The translations under genes and the position numbers were made by a program. The notes under the pieces were generated by a model. The model was not told the DNA's origin. It saw nothing but the letters and a program-made list of their open reading frames with translations, and searched no databases. This document shows, in pieces, positions 63,544 to 64,000 of a DNA stretch of 64,000 bases (within the stretch, counting starts at the first letter, position 1; every line of letters starts with the position of its first letter). This DNA is from Acutalibacteraceae bacterium (GTDB lineage Bacteria; Bacillota; Clostridia; Oscillospirales; Acutalibacteraceae), in assembly GCA_045605605.1 (NCBI GenBank), contig JAZUQH010000049.1, positions 12,799 through 76,798 of the forward strand, read 5' to 3'.

Positions 63544-64000
63544 GTGAAAAGGTTATTTAGTTGTTTGCTTTGTGTTCTTTTTATCGTAGGTCTTTTTACA
63601 GGTTGCAGTAAAGAGCCCGAAGAATATAGCGAATGGATATCCTATTATGAAGTTGTATCCGAAAGTGATGATGCCTACACTGAAAAGGATATACCCGAAG
63701 CTTCTCTACAGTCTTCCCCTGAGCCTGAAAAAATTAAATATGAAAGCTCGGTGCCTACCCCTAAATATGTAAATTTTTATAAAGGCGGAATGTGGGCAGA
63801 AAGCAAGGATAAAAGTCTAAACCGCAAAATTGCAAAGCATATTGAAAATTGGTTTTATGATTATACTCAGGATAATCTGCCTGTAGTAGATATGGAGGTA
63901 ACACCTCAGTTTATATGGGAAACCAGACTTAATGAAACTGTAATAGAGCTTGACTTTAATTTGTCTTACGATGAAAAACTTAATTTCTTAGGTAAAATAA
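63544..64000 (+). CDS. putative lipoprotein, N-terminal part (runs off window)
   Basis: A GTG start lies behind AAAGGGGA. The signal peptide plus lipobox reads FIVGLFTGCS, and the frame stays open to base 64000. Confidence 0.55.
   Translation, partial: MKRLFSCLLCVLFIVGLFTGCSKEPEEYSEWISYYEVVSESDDAYTEKDIPEASLQSSPEPEKIKYESSVPTPKYVNFYKGGMWAESKDKSLNRKIAKHIENWFYDYTQDNLPVVDMEVTPQFIWETRLNETVIELDFNLSYDEKLNFLGKI

Overview
This 64-kb window comes from a low-G+C Gram-positive anaerobe. Gene content and expression signals look Clostridia-like, but the taxon is inference only. About 60 genes are supportable.

Content in order:
1. 0-13.4 kb: a one-strand cell-envelope glycopolymer locus. It holds two TupA-like ATP-grasp paralogues, a Wzx-type flippase, an acyltransferase, a GT2, a GHMP sugar kinase with a nucleotidyltransferase, a UDP-GlcA 4-epimerase-like SDR, Ugd, an NTP_transf_5 protein and an LtaS-like transferase.
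2. 13.4-16.6 kb: a transcriptionally insulated glycyl-radical enzyme plus activase pair of unknown substrate, convergent with a six-hairpin glycosidase-like gene.
3. 18.4-22.9 kb: a Lic-type phosphocholine module. It holds LicD, an HTH-LicC-LicA triple fusion, and a sodium:solute symporter preceded by an unlisted 33-codon membrane peptide.
4. 23-28 kb: housekeeping genes (bcp-trxB-trxA, split ChrA, prohibitin, hydrolase).
5. 27.9-33.2 kb: a PocR/AraC-controlled cupin / DUF4432 / GHL6-like operon.
6. 33.3-42.6 kb: a nine-gene aromatic amino-acid supraoperon. It is preceded by a promoter, a Tyr/Phe-rich 24-codon leader ORF and an intrinsic terminator, which together suggest a leader-peptide attenuator.
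7. 42.7-51.7 kb: acpP, proS, a TAXI-TRAP transporter, and an AraC-GH2-propeller module bounded by 30-nt direct repeats.
8. 51.8-53.5 kb and 58.4-59.1 kb: two tRNA-linked non-coding blocks at tRNA-Gln, tRNA-Ser(GCT) and tRNA-Ser(TGA). Both are hairpin-dense and visibly G+C-richer than their surroundings. They contain exact direct duplications of tRNA ends or terminators and inverted copies of T-arms.
9. The rest: a DMT transporter, an SPFH operon, rsmA, radC, a THF riboswitch with folT, trpS, holB, yaaT, a 56-aa ferredoxin absent from the ORF track, and a partial lipoprotein.

No CRISPR array, integrase, transposase, rRNA or obvious defence genes were seen. The most unusual items are the orphan glycyl-radical enzyme cassette, the leader-peptide attenuator candidate and the tRNA-linked duplication blocks.
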